A stretch of 64,000 bases of DNA from Alphaproteobacteria bacterium (GCA_045638265.1 JAZUBA010000044.1:62082-126081); one strand, 5' to 3'; positions 28,669 through 39,554 are shown, counted from the first letter of the stretch. A program made the numbers and translations. Notes: a model not told the origin generated them from the letters alone.

Positions 28669-28684
28669 ATTGTTTTTTGATTGT

Positions 28685-29719
28685 TTATTCAACAGATGTG
28701 TCGTCAGCACCATCAGCAATCATCATTTGTTGCGAAATATCTTTGGCTTGACCACGAACTTGTTTTTCAATTTCATCAGCAACTTCAGGGTGTTCTTTCA
28801 GGTATGTACGTGCAGATTCACGACCTTGTCCGATTCTGTTACCTTTACAAGAGAACCAAGAGCCGGCTTTTTCTATGATGCCGGTTTTGACACCTAAATC
28901 AAGTAATTCACCTGTTTTTGAAATGCCTTCACCGTATAAAATATCAAAATCAACTGTTTTAAATGGTGGGGCAACTTTGTTTTTAACAACTTTCACACGT
29001 GTTTGGTTTCCAACAGTATTATCTTTATCTTTAACGGCACCGATACGACGAATATCTAAACGAACAGAAGCATAGAATTTTAACGCGTTACCACCGGTTG
29101 TTGTTTCCGGATTGCCAAACATAACACCTATTTTCATACGGATTTGGTTAATAAAGATAACCAAAGTATTGGCACGAGAAACAGACGCGGTAATTTTTCG
29201 TAAAGCCTGACTCATCAAGCGAGCTTGTAAACCCATATGCGAATCACCCATTTCCCCTTCTAATTCTGCTTTCGGAACAAGAGCGGCAACCGAGTCGATA
29301 ACTAAAACATCGATAGCACCGGAGCGAACCAATGTGTCGGCAATTTCAAGTGCTTGTTCACCTGTATCTGGTTGTGAAATCAACAATTCATTAATATCAA
29401 CACCTAATTTGCCGGCATAAATCGGATCCATAGCGTGTTCAGCATCAATATAAGCACATGTTCCCCCTAATTTTTGAGCTTCGGCAACAACGTGTAAAGC
29501 CAGTGTTGTTTTTCCGGAGCTTTCAGGACCGTAAATTTCAATAATACGACCTTTGGGTAAACCACCGATGCCCAATGCTAAATCTAAACCAAGAGAACCT
29601 GTTGAAATAGCCGGAATTTCAACGGCATTGTCTTTTTGACCTAAACGCATAATTGAACCTTTACCACAAGCACGTTCAATTTGTGTTAATGCTGCTTCTA
29701 ATGCTTTATTTTTTTCCAT
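28685..29719 (-). CDS. recA: Recombinase A
   Basis: Motifs [37 protein letters not shown]. Confidence 0.99.
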   Translation of the reverse strand: MEKNKALEAALTQIERACGKGSIMRLGQKDNAVEIPAISTGSLGLDLALGIGGLPKGRIIEIYGPESSGKTTLALHVVAEAQKLGGTCAYIDAEHAMDPIYAGKLGVDINELLISQPDTGEQALEIADTLVRSGAIDVLVIDSVAALVPKAELEGEMGDSHMGLQARLMSQALRKITASVSRANTLVIFINQIRMKIGVMFGNPETTTGGNALKFYASVRLDIRRIGAVKDKDNTVGNQTRVKVVKNKVAPPFKTVDFDILYGEGISKTGELLDLGVKTGIIEKAGSWFSCKGNRIGQGRESARTYLKEHPEVADEIEKQVRGQAKDISQQMMIADGADDTSVE

Positions 29720-29724
29720 GATAT

Positions 29725-29739
29725 GTTCCTTTTTTGTTC
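29725..29739 (-). promoter_or_regulatory. Alphaproteobacterial LexA (SOS) box
   Basis: GTTC-ctttttt-GTTC (GAAC-N7-GAAC on the coding strand) immediately upstream of recA, overlapping its AAGGA RBS. Confidence 0.8.
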
Positions 29740-29928
29740 ATAATTAAAACTCTCGTGTAGTGTAAGATATTTTTTATCAAAATACAATACTTTTTTTTAG
29801 AAATTTTGTATTTAAAAATTTTTTACATATAAACAGATATTTTTTATTGCATTTGTTTTCTTTTTCATATATGTTCACTCCCTAATTATTTTTTTAATAA
29901 AACAAGGTGTTTAGAAAAGGGTAAAAGG

Positions 29929-30492
29929 ATGAATGTACCTGTTTTTTGTCCGGATTCATTTGTTGTTCAGAGTGTTTTTTCAGTTTTAACACACGAATCG
30001 GAAAAATATAATATCCATTCTTTAAAAGGATTAAATCAGCTGTGTGATTTAGGGATTCATCTATGTGTGAAAAAGGTAAAAAGCTTACGTGGATCATATT
30101 TTCAAGCAAAATTAGTCGGCGTATGTTTGGCAAGTGGTTATTATAAAGCTCATCAAGACAATATATGTGAAAAAGGTAGGGTTCATGATTTAATTGATAT
30201 ACTGGGACATTTGGGTACACATTTTGAAAAAGAGATAAATCTTTATGGCGGTCAGCAAACACCTGAAAATATAATGCGAATGTATTTAATCAGAGGATTT
30301 GAAGATGGGATTCGTTTGGGAAAACGAATCTGTATGAAACAAAGAAGACCGTTATCGGATTCGAAGGATATAATTCAAGCGATACAAGTAGATTTCCGAG
30401 AAAAACAACGTCAAAAGTCCCCGATGAGGATTATCAAACAGCCCCCTCAAAGGAGTATGCGTACTAAAAAAAGAGAGAAAATAAGAGAATAG
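29929..30492 (+). CDS. Hypothetical protein with basic C-terminal tail
   Basis: AAGGA RBS, no signal peptide, ends RSMRTKKREKIRE. Confidence 0.6.
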   Translation: MNVPVFCPDSFVVQSVFSVLTHESEKYNIHSLKGLNQLCDLGIHLCVKKVKSLRGSYFQAKLVGVCLASGYYKAHQDNICEKGRVHDLIDILGHLGTHFEKEINLYGGQQTPENIMRMYLIRGFEDGIRLGKRICMKQRRPLSDSKDIIQAIQVDFREKQRQKSPMRIIKQPPQRSMRTKKREKIRE

Positions 30493-30600
30493 ATTGTTTA
30501 AAAAAAACTTTAAAAATTAGTTATTTATAAAAAAAATGAAAAAGGATGTAAATTTTGCTTGCAATATTTTAAAAATATGATATAAATATGTTTATTCGAT

Positions 30601-30675
30601 GCGGGCGTAGCTCAGGGGTAGAGCGCAACCTTGCCAAGGTTGATGTCGAGGGTTCGAATCCCTTCACCCGCTCCA
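30601..30675 (+). tRNA. tRNA-Gly(GCC)
   Basis: Cloverleaf with anticodon arm caacc-ttGCCaa-ggttg, T-arm GGTTCGAATCC and encoded CCA. Confidence 0.95.
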
Positions 30676-31011
30676 ATTTTTAAGGTGTTTCAAGGGTTAT
30701 CCTGAACACCTTTTTTTATTTTTGCACAAAAAAAATTGCACTGTGCAACGTTTTTTATCTTGTTTTTAATGTGCTTAAAATACAAATAAAATCAATATTT
30801 TATTTTAAGGATAATCCTCAACACGCATCCTTCGTTTTGCACACTTTTTGCACAAATTTGTGCAAAATTCGAAAAAGTACGTTGCACACCTGTTTTTTTC
30901 ATCGATTCGTTTTTTTTGCTTTTAGGTTTTATAATAATAAAAAAGTTGATGTTATAAAAACACCAACTTTCTTCTTAAAAATAATTATGATTATGCTAAA
31001 TTTAATCTTTT

Positions 31012-32244
31012 TTATACGTCAATCTCATTAATAAATAATTCTTCCGGATTCATCAAATTATTAACTTTCCAATAATACTTTTCAATCATCGCAACACTTG
31101 TTCCGCAATGTGCAGCGATTTTTAGCGGAGGTACATTTTCCATACATTTAATGGAAATATAAGTATGTCGCCATGAATACAAACACTTTTCGCCTTTTTT
31201 CTCAATACCACATCTTTTTAATATACCTCTGAATCCACTATCAAAATCAGAAATGGGTTTTAATTCGTATTTCTCTATTCCTTCTTTTTTGTTACACAGA
31301 GTAAATAAACGTGTTGTTTTTTCATCAAAAACAAGCTTGTGTGCTTTGCAAAATTCTATTATTTCCTGTTTCATTTCCAGCAAGATTTTAGTAGCGGCTG
31401 GACACAAAACAACTGTTCTTTTATCTTTTTGTTTTTTTCTGTGAAAATTCCTTAAAACGCCCTGACCGTTAGAGCATAATTCAAACTGTCCCCAACAAGT
31501 TCTCTTAAGATCGCATGTTCTAAATCCCGTATAATAAAGTAGTTTACAAAATCTTTCCGCTAAAATAAGTCTTCTTTTAGTAAAAGCATTTACTGTTACA
31601 CTAATATCTTTTTTGTATTGATTGAAAATCATCTTAACTTCTTCAGGTGTAAAAATATCTCGGGAGGAATCGTAACATTCAAATACATCATTACCATTTT
31701 CATCTCGAATAATTTCTGTTAATTTAATAGTTGGCATTATTAGCGGTTTTTTGATATAAGAGTTTTCATAACACCAATTGAAAAATTGAGCTAATGTTTG
31801 AATTTCTCGTTTGATTGTTGAATTTTTAACAATTTGTCCCGCCTTTGTTTTGAATGTTCTTCTGTATTTGATATAATTATTAATATCTTTTGTTGTTATT
31901 TTAGATACATCATTAATTTTAACAGTTATACCGATTTTCTTTGAAAAATAAGGAATATATAATCTATCCATATATCCTCTATGCAATGGATATGGATTTT
32001 CCTTTAAAAATTTTTCAGTCAAATAAGCAAAAGATTTTGTATTTGCAGTTTTAGGTTCTGGAATATATTCTTTGCAATATTCGTTATACCTTTTTTTGGC
32101 TCTCTCACAAGCCACATTAAAATCGTTTGTTTTTAAACTTTCTCTAACAGATTTACCTGTTATTTCTTTACCCATAACAAAGTAATAAGTATTACTTCTT
32201 TGTGCAAGTTTGTAATAGTTGTTAATTGATTTGTAATTATTCAT
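31012..32244 (-). CDS. Tyrosine integrase
   Basis: LLYYTGFRTCD, LYSWRHTYIS, AHCGTSVAMIEKYY. Located next to attL. Confidence 0.9.
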   Translation of the reverse strand: MNNYKSINNYYKLAQRSNTYYFVMGKEITGKSVRESLKTNDFNVACERAKKRYNEYCKEYIPEPKTANTKSFAYLTEKFLKENPYPLHRGYMDRLYIPYFSKKIGITVKINDVSKITTKDINNYIKYRRTFKTKAGQIVKNSTIKREIQTLAQFFNWCYENSYIKKPLIMPTIKLTEIIRDENGNDVFECYDSSRDIFTPEEVKMIFNQYKKDISVTVNAFTKRRLILAERFCKLLYYTGFRTCDLKRTCWGQFELCSNGQGVLRNFHRKKQKDKRTVVLCPAATKILLEMKQEIIEFCKAHKLVFDEKTTRLFTLCNKKEGIEKYELKPISDFDSGFRGILKRCGIEKKGEKCLYSWRHTYISIKCMENVPPLKIAAHCGTSVAMIEKYYWKVNNLMNPEELFINEIDV

Positions 32245-32676
32245 ATTTTTCCTTTCTAGTTTAAAAAAGGCACTATGCCCCGTTGATAAAAATCTTTTTG
32301 AAAATCTGAATAATTATTTCAACCTACCTACCTTATCCTTAGTGTTACCTCCTTTTTGGTAGCCTTGTCAATATTAATTTTAAAAAAAAATGAAAAATTT
32401 TTTTTATAAAAAACAAGCGGTTCCGCAAGCGGGATCAATATTTATTAGTTTTTTTTCCTTTTTTGTACTAATAAAAATTTTTTTTTTACATTTTTAAATT
32501 TTTTTTCTGATTTCCCGATAAATACATTATGCAGATACGAAACATGCAAAGACAAACACTCTTTTGATAGTGGATTCGTTTTTGTCTGAACGAGTTGTGT
32601 CAATTCGGTTTAGTTTAATATAAAAATGGAAACAGACAATGTTGTCCATAATTAAAAATATTATTTATACAAAGGA

Positions 32677-33552
32677 TTGTTAATGAGAAAAACAAAAGAT
32701 AAAAATACAACTAATAAAAATGAGATAATGAAACACTTTGCTTTAATTATGAGAAATGTAATTAATAATATGCATGATATAGATATTGCTATGCCATATA
32801 TAAAAAAAGAATTAGATAAAATAGAAGTAACAATTATCTATTCAACAAATCAAGTAATGAGATGTCAAACTCCTGATAACAAGATTATTGAAATAAAAAT
32901 GCCATTAAAAAAAAGTAATAAAAATAATGAGTTTACAATTAAACGGATACAAGAAGATAATCAAAAAGAAGATAATCAAAAAGAAGACAAACAAGAAAAA
33001 ATACCACAATATTTCAAGCCATTTATGACAAAAAGAAATGGAATAAACAAATTGCTTCAAACAGATAACAGACAAACAAGAGATAAAATATGGCAAAAAA
33101 TAATTAAAAAGTCATATATGGAAAAAGGAATAACAGAACATCACTTGGTTATAAATCCCAAAATAGATAAATTAGATGAAAATGAATTATTAGAATTACT
33201 GAGAAATTTCAAAATTAAATTTTACAGAAAATATTTAGGAAAGAAATTTAACAAAAAGAAAGACGAACAAATAGAGTTTTTTACAACAGTTGAATATGGG
33301 CAATTATATAAACAAACAAAAATCAAAAATGCCCATTTACATCTCATTTTAAAAACAAAAAATCAAGATATGTTAAATCAGTTTCATGAATTTATATATA
33401 AAAATATGCAAGAATATTTTGAAAAAGAAATAGATTATTTGTATAAACCAATTGACACACCGGAATACAGGATAAATGTATATAATTACATTTTAAAAGA
33501 AGGAAGAGAAAGTTATACACATAACGATTTTTATTATAAAAAAGAAAAATAG
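32677..33552 (+). CDS. Putative HUH-superfamily (rolling-circle Rep-like) endonuclease
   Basis: VEYG...NAHLHLIL (HUH) and YNYILKE (YxxK). Divergent from the integrase. Confidence 0.55.
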   Translation: MLMRKTKDKNTTNKNEIMKHFALIMRNVINNMHDIDIAMPYIKKELDKIEVTIIYSTNQVMRCQTPDNKIIEIKMPLKKSNKNNEFTIKRIQEDNQKEDNQKEDKQEKIPQYFKPFMTKRNGINKLLQTDNRQTRDKIWQKIIKKSYMEKGITEHHLVINPKIDKLDENELLELLRNFKIKFYRKYLGKKFNKKKDEQIEFFTTVEYGQLYKQTKIKNAHLHLILKTKNQDMLNQFHEFIYKNMQEYFEKEIDYLYKPIDTPEYRINVYNYILKEGRESYTHNDFYYKKEK

Positions 33553-33808
33553 ATATTAGATGTAGAATAAATATTTACAAAACACCTAAAACCCATATTG
33601 CTCAAACAGTATGGGTTTTTGAATATTGGATTGATAAAATTGAATCGCGAAAAGATGAAATAAATCTGATTTATTCCTCGTAGTATTATTCATACTATGG
33701 GCAATGATATTATAAAAGAAGAATGAAAGTAGACTTTTTTTAACCAAATCTTGGTTATAATTAAATCAAAAAAATATATCAAATCCCATTTTACTTTATT
33801 TATTCTTT

Positions 33809-34822
33809 CTACTTGTTAAATTTGGATTGAAAAGCAAACTCCAAAGATTTTATAATTGTTTTGGTAGATACAAAATGTAATTGTTTATTTTTTGTTTCTA
33901 CACTGGTAATAACACCAATAACACGATTATTTGCTATAACAGGTCCACCACTAAAACCATCTAAATTTTCATCAGTTGTATATTGAATTTTATATGTATC
34001 TGTTGTTTTTATATAATCATCAATTAATATTCCAGAATGGTTTTGTAGATGAAAGTGTATATAATCTATTTCAGCATTATCATTATAATCGAACGTGCTT
34101 TTATGAGAAGGATACCCATAAAATGTACATTCTTGATTTTTATTTACAAAGTTGTCATCTAATACCATAGAACGGATATCTACAAGTGATGTATCAGTAT
34201 TTTCCATATTTTTATATACTTCATTTTGATAATTTATTAAAAAAGTTCGGTATATTTGTGATTCATGTATTTTACGCATCATCTTTTGGGGATTATTTTT
34301 ATAACGTTTTATTATTTTTTGTATTTTAGGCATTGATAGTATTGATTTTTCATTTAATACAGGAGGCATTCTTTTTTGTATTTCACTATCAAATTTATCT
34401 TGATCAACAATCAAAACTCGTACGTCTGTATCAACCTTGGTTCCATCTGTTAAAAATGATTTAATAGAACCTTTAATTGGAATAGAGTGTAATTTTTTTT
34501 GACTAGCTATATTTGTTATATATAAATCTCTTAGATTATTATCTTGAATGCAATGTGATGCTGTTATAATAAAATTTTTACTTTTATATTTTATCATAAA
34601 ACATGTACCACTACGCCATACATGTCCCTGATTTTCTGTGGAAACGTATAAAACTTGAAAAATTGAGCTAGCAATTTTTATTAAGTTAGCATCATTGGCA
34701 TATATAGTTTCTATTTTGGATTCCATTATTTTTTTATTTATAGTTATAAAATGATTTACAATGTTATACTTTTGTAATAATCTTGTCAATGTGTAATCAA
34801 TATTCTTTATATCAAAAAACAT
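33809..34822 (-). CDS. Trypsin-like serine protease
   Basis: Catalytic motifs ITASHC, DVRVL, GFSGGPV. No signal peptide. Confidence 0.8.
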   Translation of the reverse strand: MFFDIKNIDYTLTRLLQKYNIVNHFITINKKIMESKIETIYANDANLIKIASSIFQVLYVSTENQGHVWRSGTCFMIKYKSKNFIITASHCIQDNNLRDLYITNIASQKKLHSIPIKGSIKSFLTDGTKVDTDVRVLIVDQDKFDSEIQKRMPPVLNEKSILSMPKIQKIIKRYKNNPQKMMRKIHESQIYRTFLINYQNEVYKNMENTDTSLVDIRSMVLDDNFVNKNQECTFYGYPSHKSTFDYNDNAEIDYIHFHLQNHSGILIDDYIKTTDTYKIQYTTDENLDGFSGGPVIANNRVIGVITSVETKNKQLHFVSTKTIIKSLEFAFQSKFNK

Positions 34823-35102
34823 ATTTTTGTTAAAGTAAAATCTCTAATTTTTTTTGAATAATCAGAATAGAAAGTTTTACACTATTGGTTTGTTTATAGA
34901 GTGTTAAGGGATTTTATAACACAGCTTGTGTTATACAAAAATCTTTTTAAACTAAAGTTTATTATTTTGATCTATTCGTGTTGAAAATAATTCATCAGGA
35001 TTAAAAATTTAAATTTTATTACAGAAAGTTTTTTTCTTTATTTTCTTGATTTTTTTAAGGTTTTAAACTAACATAAGACGTTAAACCGTAAAGGACTAAA
35101 AG

Positions 35103-37817
35103 ATGAACAATACACAAAGACGAATTGAACAAGCACTCTCTTTAAGACAGCCTCAAAAAGATAGTTTGGATATATTGGCTCAAATCCTTGAACGAATTGA
35201 ATTAAAAAAGGATATCTCTATCGAAGATACACTCAAAGTTATTCAAGAAATTCATCCGTCTGTAAAAGATTTTGAAAGAATTTTCCCGTGTCTTTGTTTT
35301 GCAATTGCAACCGGTGTTGGTAAAACAAGATTGATGGGTGCAATGATTGCCTATATTCATGCCGAATATAAGGTTAAAAACTTTATGGTTTTAGCTCCAA
35401 ACTTAACCATTTATAATAAATTAAAGCAGGATTTTACACCCAATACACCGAAATATGTCTTTCCAGGTTTAACAGAATATGTTGGAACACCTCAAATTAT
35501 CACAGGTGATGATTACAACCAAGTGGGTGGTTTGTTTGATAATCCAAATGATGACAGATTACGAATTAACATCTTTAATATCTCAAAAATCAACTCTGAC
35601 CAAGATTCTCGTGGAACACCAAGAGTTCGCAGAATGGCAGAATATTTAGGACAATCATACTTTGATTATTTGGCAGGATTAAAAGACCTTGTTTTAATTA
35701 TGGATGAAGCCCATAGATATAGAGCCAGTGCTGGTATGGCTGCGATTAATGAGTTGCATCCGGTATTTGGAATTGAATTAACAGCAACAGCCAAATCAAC
35801 AGGTGCAAAGGGAAAAGCATTTAGAAATATTGCTTATGAATATAACCTTGCCCATGCGATTACAGATGGATATGTAAAGAAACCATCTGTTGTTGGTCGT
35901 TCTAACTTTGATAAAGAATTGTATGGAGCCAACTCGGTTGAATTAGAAAACCTTAAAATTGTGGATGCCATTAAAGTTCATGAAAGCATTAAGGCTGAAT
36001 TACAAGTTTATGCAGATAATAAGAAAACAAAACTTGTCAAACCATTTATTATGATTGTGGCAGAAAATACAGGTCATGCAGAAGAAATTTTGACCCGTAT
36101 TGATAGTGATGACTTTGAAGAAGGACGATACAAGGGAAAAGTCATCATTGTTCATTCCAAGCAAAATGGTGAATTAAAAGATGAAATGGTTCAAAGACTT
36201 TTGGATATTGAAGACCCGAATGAACCAACAGAAATTGTTATTCATGTGAACATGCTTGGAGAAGGATGGGACGTTAATAACCTTTATACAATTGTTCCAT
36301 TGAGAGCCGCAAATTCAAAGATTTTAGTGGAACAATCTATCGGTCGTGGTCTTCGCTTGCCTTTTGGGGAATTGACGGGAGATAAGATGATTGACCGTTT
36401 GCATGTGATTGCTCATGATAAGTTTAATGATATCATTTCAGCTGCTCGTGCTGGGGCTTATGAATTTCAACAAGAATATATTGACAACTCTGATGAAGGT
36501 TTAATTGGTAAAGTTGTTGTTGAAAATGAAAGCCGTTTGGATAAGTTAATTCAAGAAGGCAATGTTGTTGTTCAAAAGAAAACACAAACCCAAGAAAAAT
36601 TGCCTGTTTTCTCAAATGAAGACAACAGACGAATTGCCGAAACTGTTCGGGAAGTTATTAACGAAACAAGCCGTTATGTGATGAGTTCAGCCGATTTAAG
36701 CACAAAAGAAACACAAGAAAAAATGCAAGAAATGGTTGAAACCAGATTAAAAAACATTGCATTGGAAAAATCAGAACTTTCTTTGGAACCATTAGTTGAT
36801 GTCAAAGAAACCCTGAAACGATATACAGAAAATTTCAGAAAATTGAGCATTGATACACCCCGTATTAAAATCTGGTATGAACAAGAAGGTGATTTTACCA
36901 TTGAAGATTTTGACATTGACACATCTGATTTCAATGGATATGAACCAATTCCACAAAAAATGTTGGTTGAAGAACTATTGAGCAAATCTGCCCGAGATGA
37001 ATTCAATGCTGAATTTGTGGATAGATATGAAAACATCACTCACTATCTTTTAACCTTGTTAATTGATGAAATTTTAATTGACTATGATACAAACGCAGAC
37101 CTTTTGAACAAACTGGTCAATCAAGTAATTGATTATATTACTTCATATTCTGGTAGTGAATTGAACACCAGAAAGATTTTGTTCTTTAACAACAAGGATA
37201 TTGCTAAAAAGATTTATAATCAAATTAAAGCCCATGTAAAGCAAGCCCCTGTAAAGTTAAACATTCGGGTAGATAGTGGTTATGCAACCATTACAACGGC
37301 TTCTTATAAAATCACCGTCACCGAAGGGGCTGAAAGTGTGAATTATAAAGCACATATTCAAGACAAATCAAAAATTCGCAATATGGCATTTGAAGGATTT
37401 AATAAATGCCTGTTTGCCAAACAAAAGTTTGATTCTTGCACTGAAAAAGACCTTTGCGAGATTTTAGAAAGTGCTCCGGAAGTGTTAAAGTGGTTTAAAA
37501 TCAATAATGACAGAGCAAGAGAAATCTTTGATATTAAATATCAAGATGTATCAACTCACGAAGTTAAAACATATCTGCCTGACTTTATTGTGGAAACAAC
37601 AAAAGCCAAGTATATGATTGAAACCAAAGCTGAGAAAGACATTGATGACAAAGCAGTTCAAGCCAAAAAGGATGCTGCTGTCAGATGGTGTGAAATTGCT
37701 ACAAAGTTTGAAGAAGAACACAACGGCAAGCCTTGGTATTATTTGTTAATCCCTGATACAATGGTTGTTCTCAATCGCACATTTGATAAATTGATTGCTG
37801 ATTGTAAAGAGGGTTAG
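35103..37817 (+). CDS. res: Type III restriction enzyme Res subunit
   Basis: ATGVGKT, DEAH, EGWDV, QSIGRGLR and C-terminal YLPDFIV...IETK nuclease. Confidence 0.9.
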   Translation: MNNTQRRIEQALSLRQPQKDSLDILAQILERIELKKDISIEDTLKVIQEIHPSVKDFERIFPCLCFAIATGVGKTRLMGAMIAYIHAEYKVKNFMVLAPNLTIYNKLKQDFTPNTPKYVFPGLTEYVGTPQIITGDDYNQVGGLFDNPNDDRLRINIFNISKINSDQDSRGTPRVRRMAEYLGQSYFDYLAGLKDLVLIMDEAHRYRASAGMAAINELHPVFGIELTATAKSTGAKGKAFRNIAYEYNLAHAITDGYVKKPSVVGRSNFDKELYGANSVELENLKIVDAIKVHESIKAELQVYADNKKTKLVKPFIMIVAENTGHAEEILTRIDSDDFEEGRYKGKVIIVHSKQNGELKDEMVQRLLDIEDPNEPTEIVIHVNMLGEGWDVNNLYTIVPLRAANSKILVEQSIGRGLRLPFGELTGDKMIDRLHVIAHDKFNDIISAARAGAYEFQQEYIDNSDEGLIGKVVVENESRLDKLIQEGNVVVQKKTQTQEKLPVFSNEDNRRIAETVREVINETSRYVMSSADLSTKETQEKMQEMVETRLKNIALEKSELSLEPLVDVKETLKRYTENFRKLSIDTPRIKIWYEQEGDFTIEDFDIDTSDFNGYEPIPQKMLVEELLSKSARDEFNAEFVDRYENITHYLLTLLIDEILIDYDTNADLLNKLVNQVIDYITSYSGSELNTRKILFFNNKDIAKKIYNQIKAHVKQAPVKLNIRVDSGYATITTASYKITVTEGAESVNYKAHIQDKSKIRNMAFEGFNKCLFAKQKFDSCTEKDLCEILESAPEVLKWFKINNDRAREIFDIKYQDVSTHEVKTYLPDFIVETTKAKYMIETKAEKDIDDKAVQAKKDAAVRWCEIATKFEEEHNGKPWYYLLIPDTMVVLNRTFDKLIADCKEG

Positions 37818-37819
37818 AG

Positions 37820-38659
37820 ATGAGTAAAGAAACTGCCATAAAATTATTTGAAGAACAGAAAGTTCGTGTAGAATGGGATGAAAACCAAGAAAAATGGTAT
37901 TTTTCTATTGTTGATGTTATTTCTATACTTACTCAAAGCCCAAATCCAAGAAAATATTGGAGTGTTCTAAAAACAAGGTTGAAATCAGAAGGAAGTGAGT
38001 TGACTACAAATTGTAGTCAACTGAAAATGAAGGCCGCAGATGGTAAGATGTATCTAACTGATGTTGCTGATACAGAACAACTTTTACGTCTTATTCAAAG
38101 CATTCCAAGTCCAAAGGCAGAGCCTTTTAAGATGTGGCTTGCCAAAGTCGGTCGTGAACGAATTGATGAAATGGAAGACCCTGAAATAGCAATCAATCGT
38201 GCATTAGAAACCTATTTGAAAAAAGGTTATTCTGAATCTTGGGTTAATCAACGTCTTAAATCTATTGAAATCAGAAAAGGTTTAACGGATGAATGGGACA
38301 GAGGTGGCATTCAAAAAGGTTTAGAATATGCAATTCTAACTGATGAAATAACCGAGGCTTGGACAGGTATGACTACCAAAGAATATAAAAAGCTAAAAAG
38401 TCTTAAAAAAGAAAACCTAAGAGATAATATGACCAATATGGAACTGGTGTTAAATATGTTGGCATAAGTTTCTGCAACAGAAATATCACAAGCACAAAAT
38501 CCCAAAGGTTTAGAACAACATAAAAAAGTTGCTCGTGCTGGTGGTGAAGTAGCAAACAAAGCAAGAAAAGAACTTGAAAGCAAAACGGGTAAAAAGGTCA
38601 TAACTTCCCGAAATGCTAAAAACTTACATCAACACATTGAAGACAAAAAGGATGAGTAA
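37820..38659 (+). pseudogene. Bro-N/phage antirepressor-like gene with premature stop
   Basis: WYFSIVDVI...QSIPSPKAEPFK family. TAA at 38465-38467 interrupts LNMLA*VSATEIS, and the frame continues with family-like sequence to TAA 38659. Confidence 0.8.
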
Positions 38660-38789
38660 TTAAGAAAAAAGTTGAAAAAGAATGAAAAAAATAAAAAATG
38701 TAATCATTATTTAACAAATTTATGTTAATAGTTGTTGACATTTTTTAAAAAATATGTTACTATTATGTGGTAAGATGAAAGGATTTACA

Positions 38790-39554
38790 ATGATTAACAT
38801 TATAAAACTTTTACGAGAAGAAAAAGGTATTTCCCAAGAACAATTAGCAGAAGAGTTAGGAATCGCTCGTCAAACATTGGGAAAATATGAAAATGAAACA
38901 TCTTCTTTGCCAATAGACATCATCAAAAAACTAGCAAATATTTTTGATGTTGATTATGCATGTTTTATAGATAATAAAATGCCTGTTAAACCAGCATATA
39001 ATATCATACAAAGTAATGATGAAGATGTTAAAGAAGATATTCGCATAGATATTCCTCAAAAAAATATTGAAAAATTTAAACAGGTTTTGCTTTATATTTT
39101 AAACAAAGTTGGGGCTAAACCCAATGTCGGACAAACAGTTATTTACAAATTGTTATATTTTATAGATTTTGATTACTATGAATTATATGAAGAACAATTA
39201 ATGGGATTGGAATATATAAAAAACACTTATGGACCAACGCCGGTAGATTTTGCAAAATTAATTAAAGAAATGGAAAAAGATGGAGAATTGGAAGAAGTTA
39301 AAACAAAATTCTTCAAGCATGAACAAACAAAGTATTTGCCAATAAAGAAGCCGGATTTAACATTTTTATCTGCTCGTGAATTAGATCACATTGACAAAGA
39401 ATTAGATAGATTATCTGACAAAACGGGAACAGAGCTATCCAATTATTCACACAAAGATATTCCATGGATTGGGGCAGAAATGGGCGATATTTTAGATTAC
39501 GAAGCCGTTTTTTACAGAAATGAAAATACTTCATTACGGGAGTATGAAGATTAA
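38790..39554 (+). CDS. XRE HTH + Panacea (DUF4065/SocA-like) antitoxin
   Basis: SQEQLAEELGIARQTLGKYE HTH, then KLLYFIDF, YGPTP and SHKDIPW. Probable start 38790 after AAGGA. Confidence 0.8.
   Translation: MINIIKLLREEKGISQEQLAEELGIARQTLGKYENETSSLPIDIIKKLANIFDVDYACFIDNKMPVKPAYNIIQSNDEDVKEDIRIDIPQKNIEKFKQVLLYILNKVGAKPNVGQTVIYKLLYFIDFDYYELYEEQLMGLEYIKNTYGPTPVDFAKLIKEMEKDGELEEVKTKFFKHEQTKYLPIKKPDLTFLSARELDHIDKELDRLSDKTGTELSNYSHKDIPWIGAEMGDILDYEAVFYRNENTSLREYED

Noticed and set aside
32951-32997. 15-bp tandem repeat (EDNQK) in the Rep-like gene
   Set aside because: Only about three in-frame units in a low-complexity linker, probably simple slippage.
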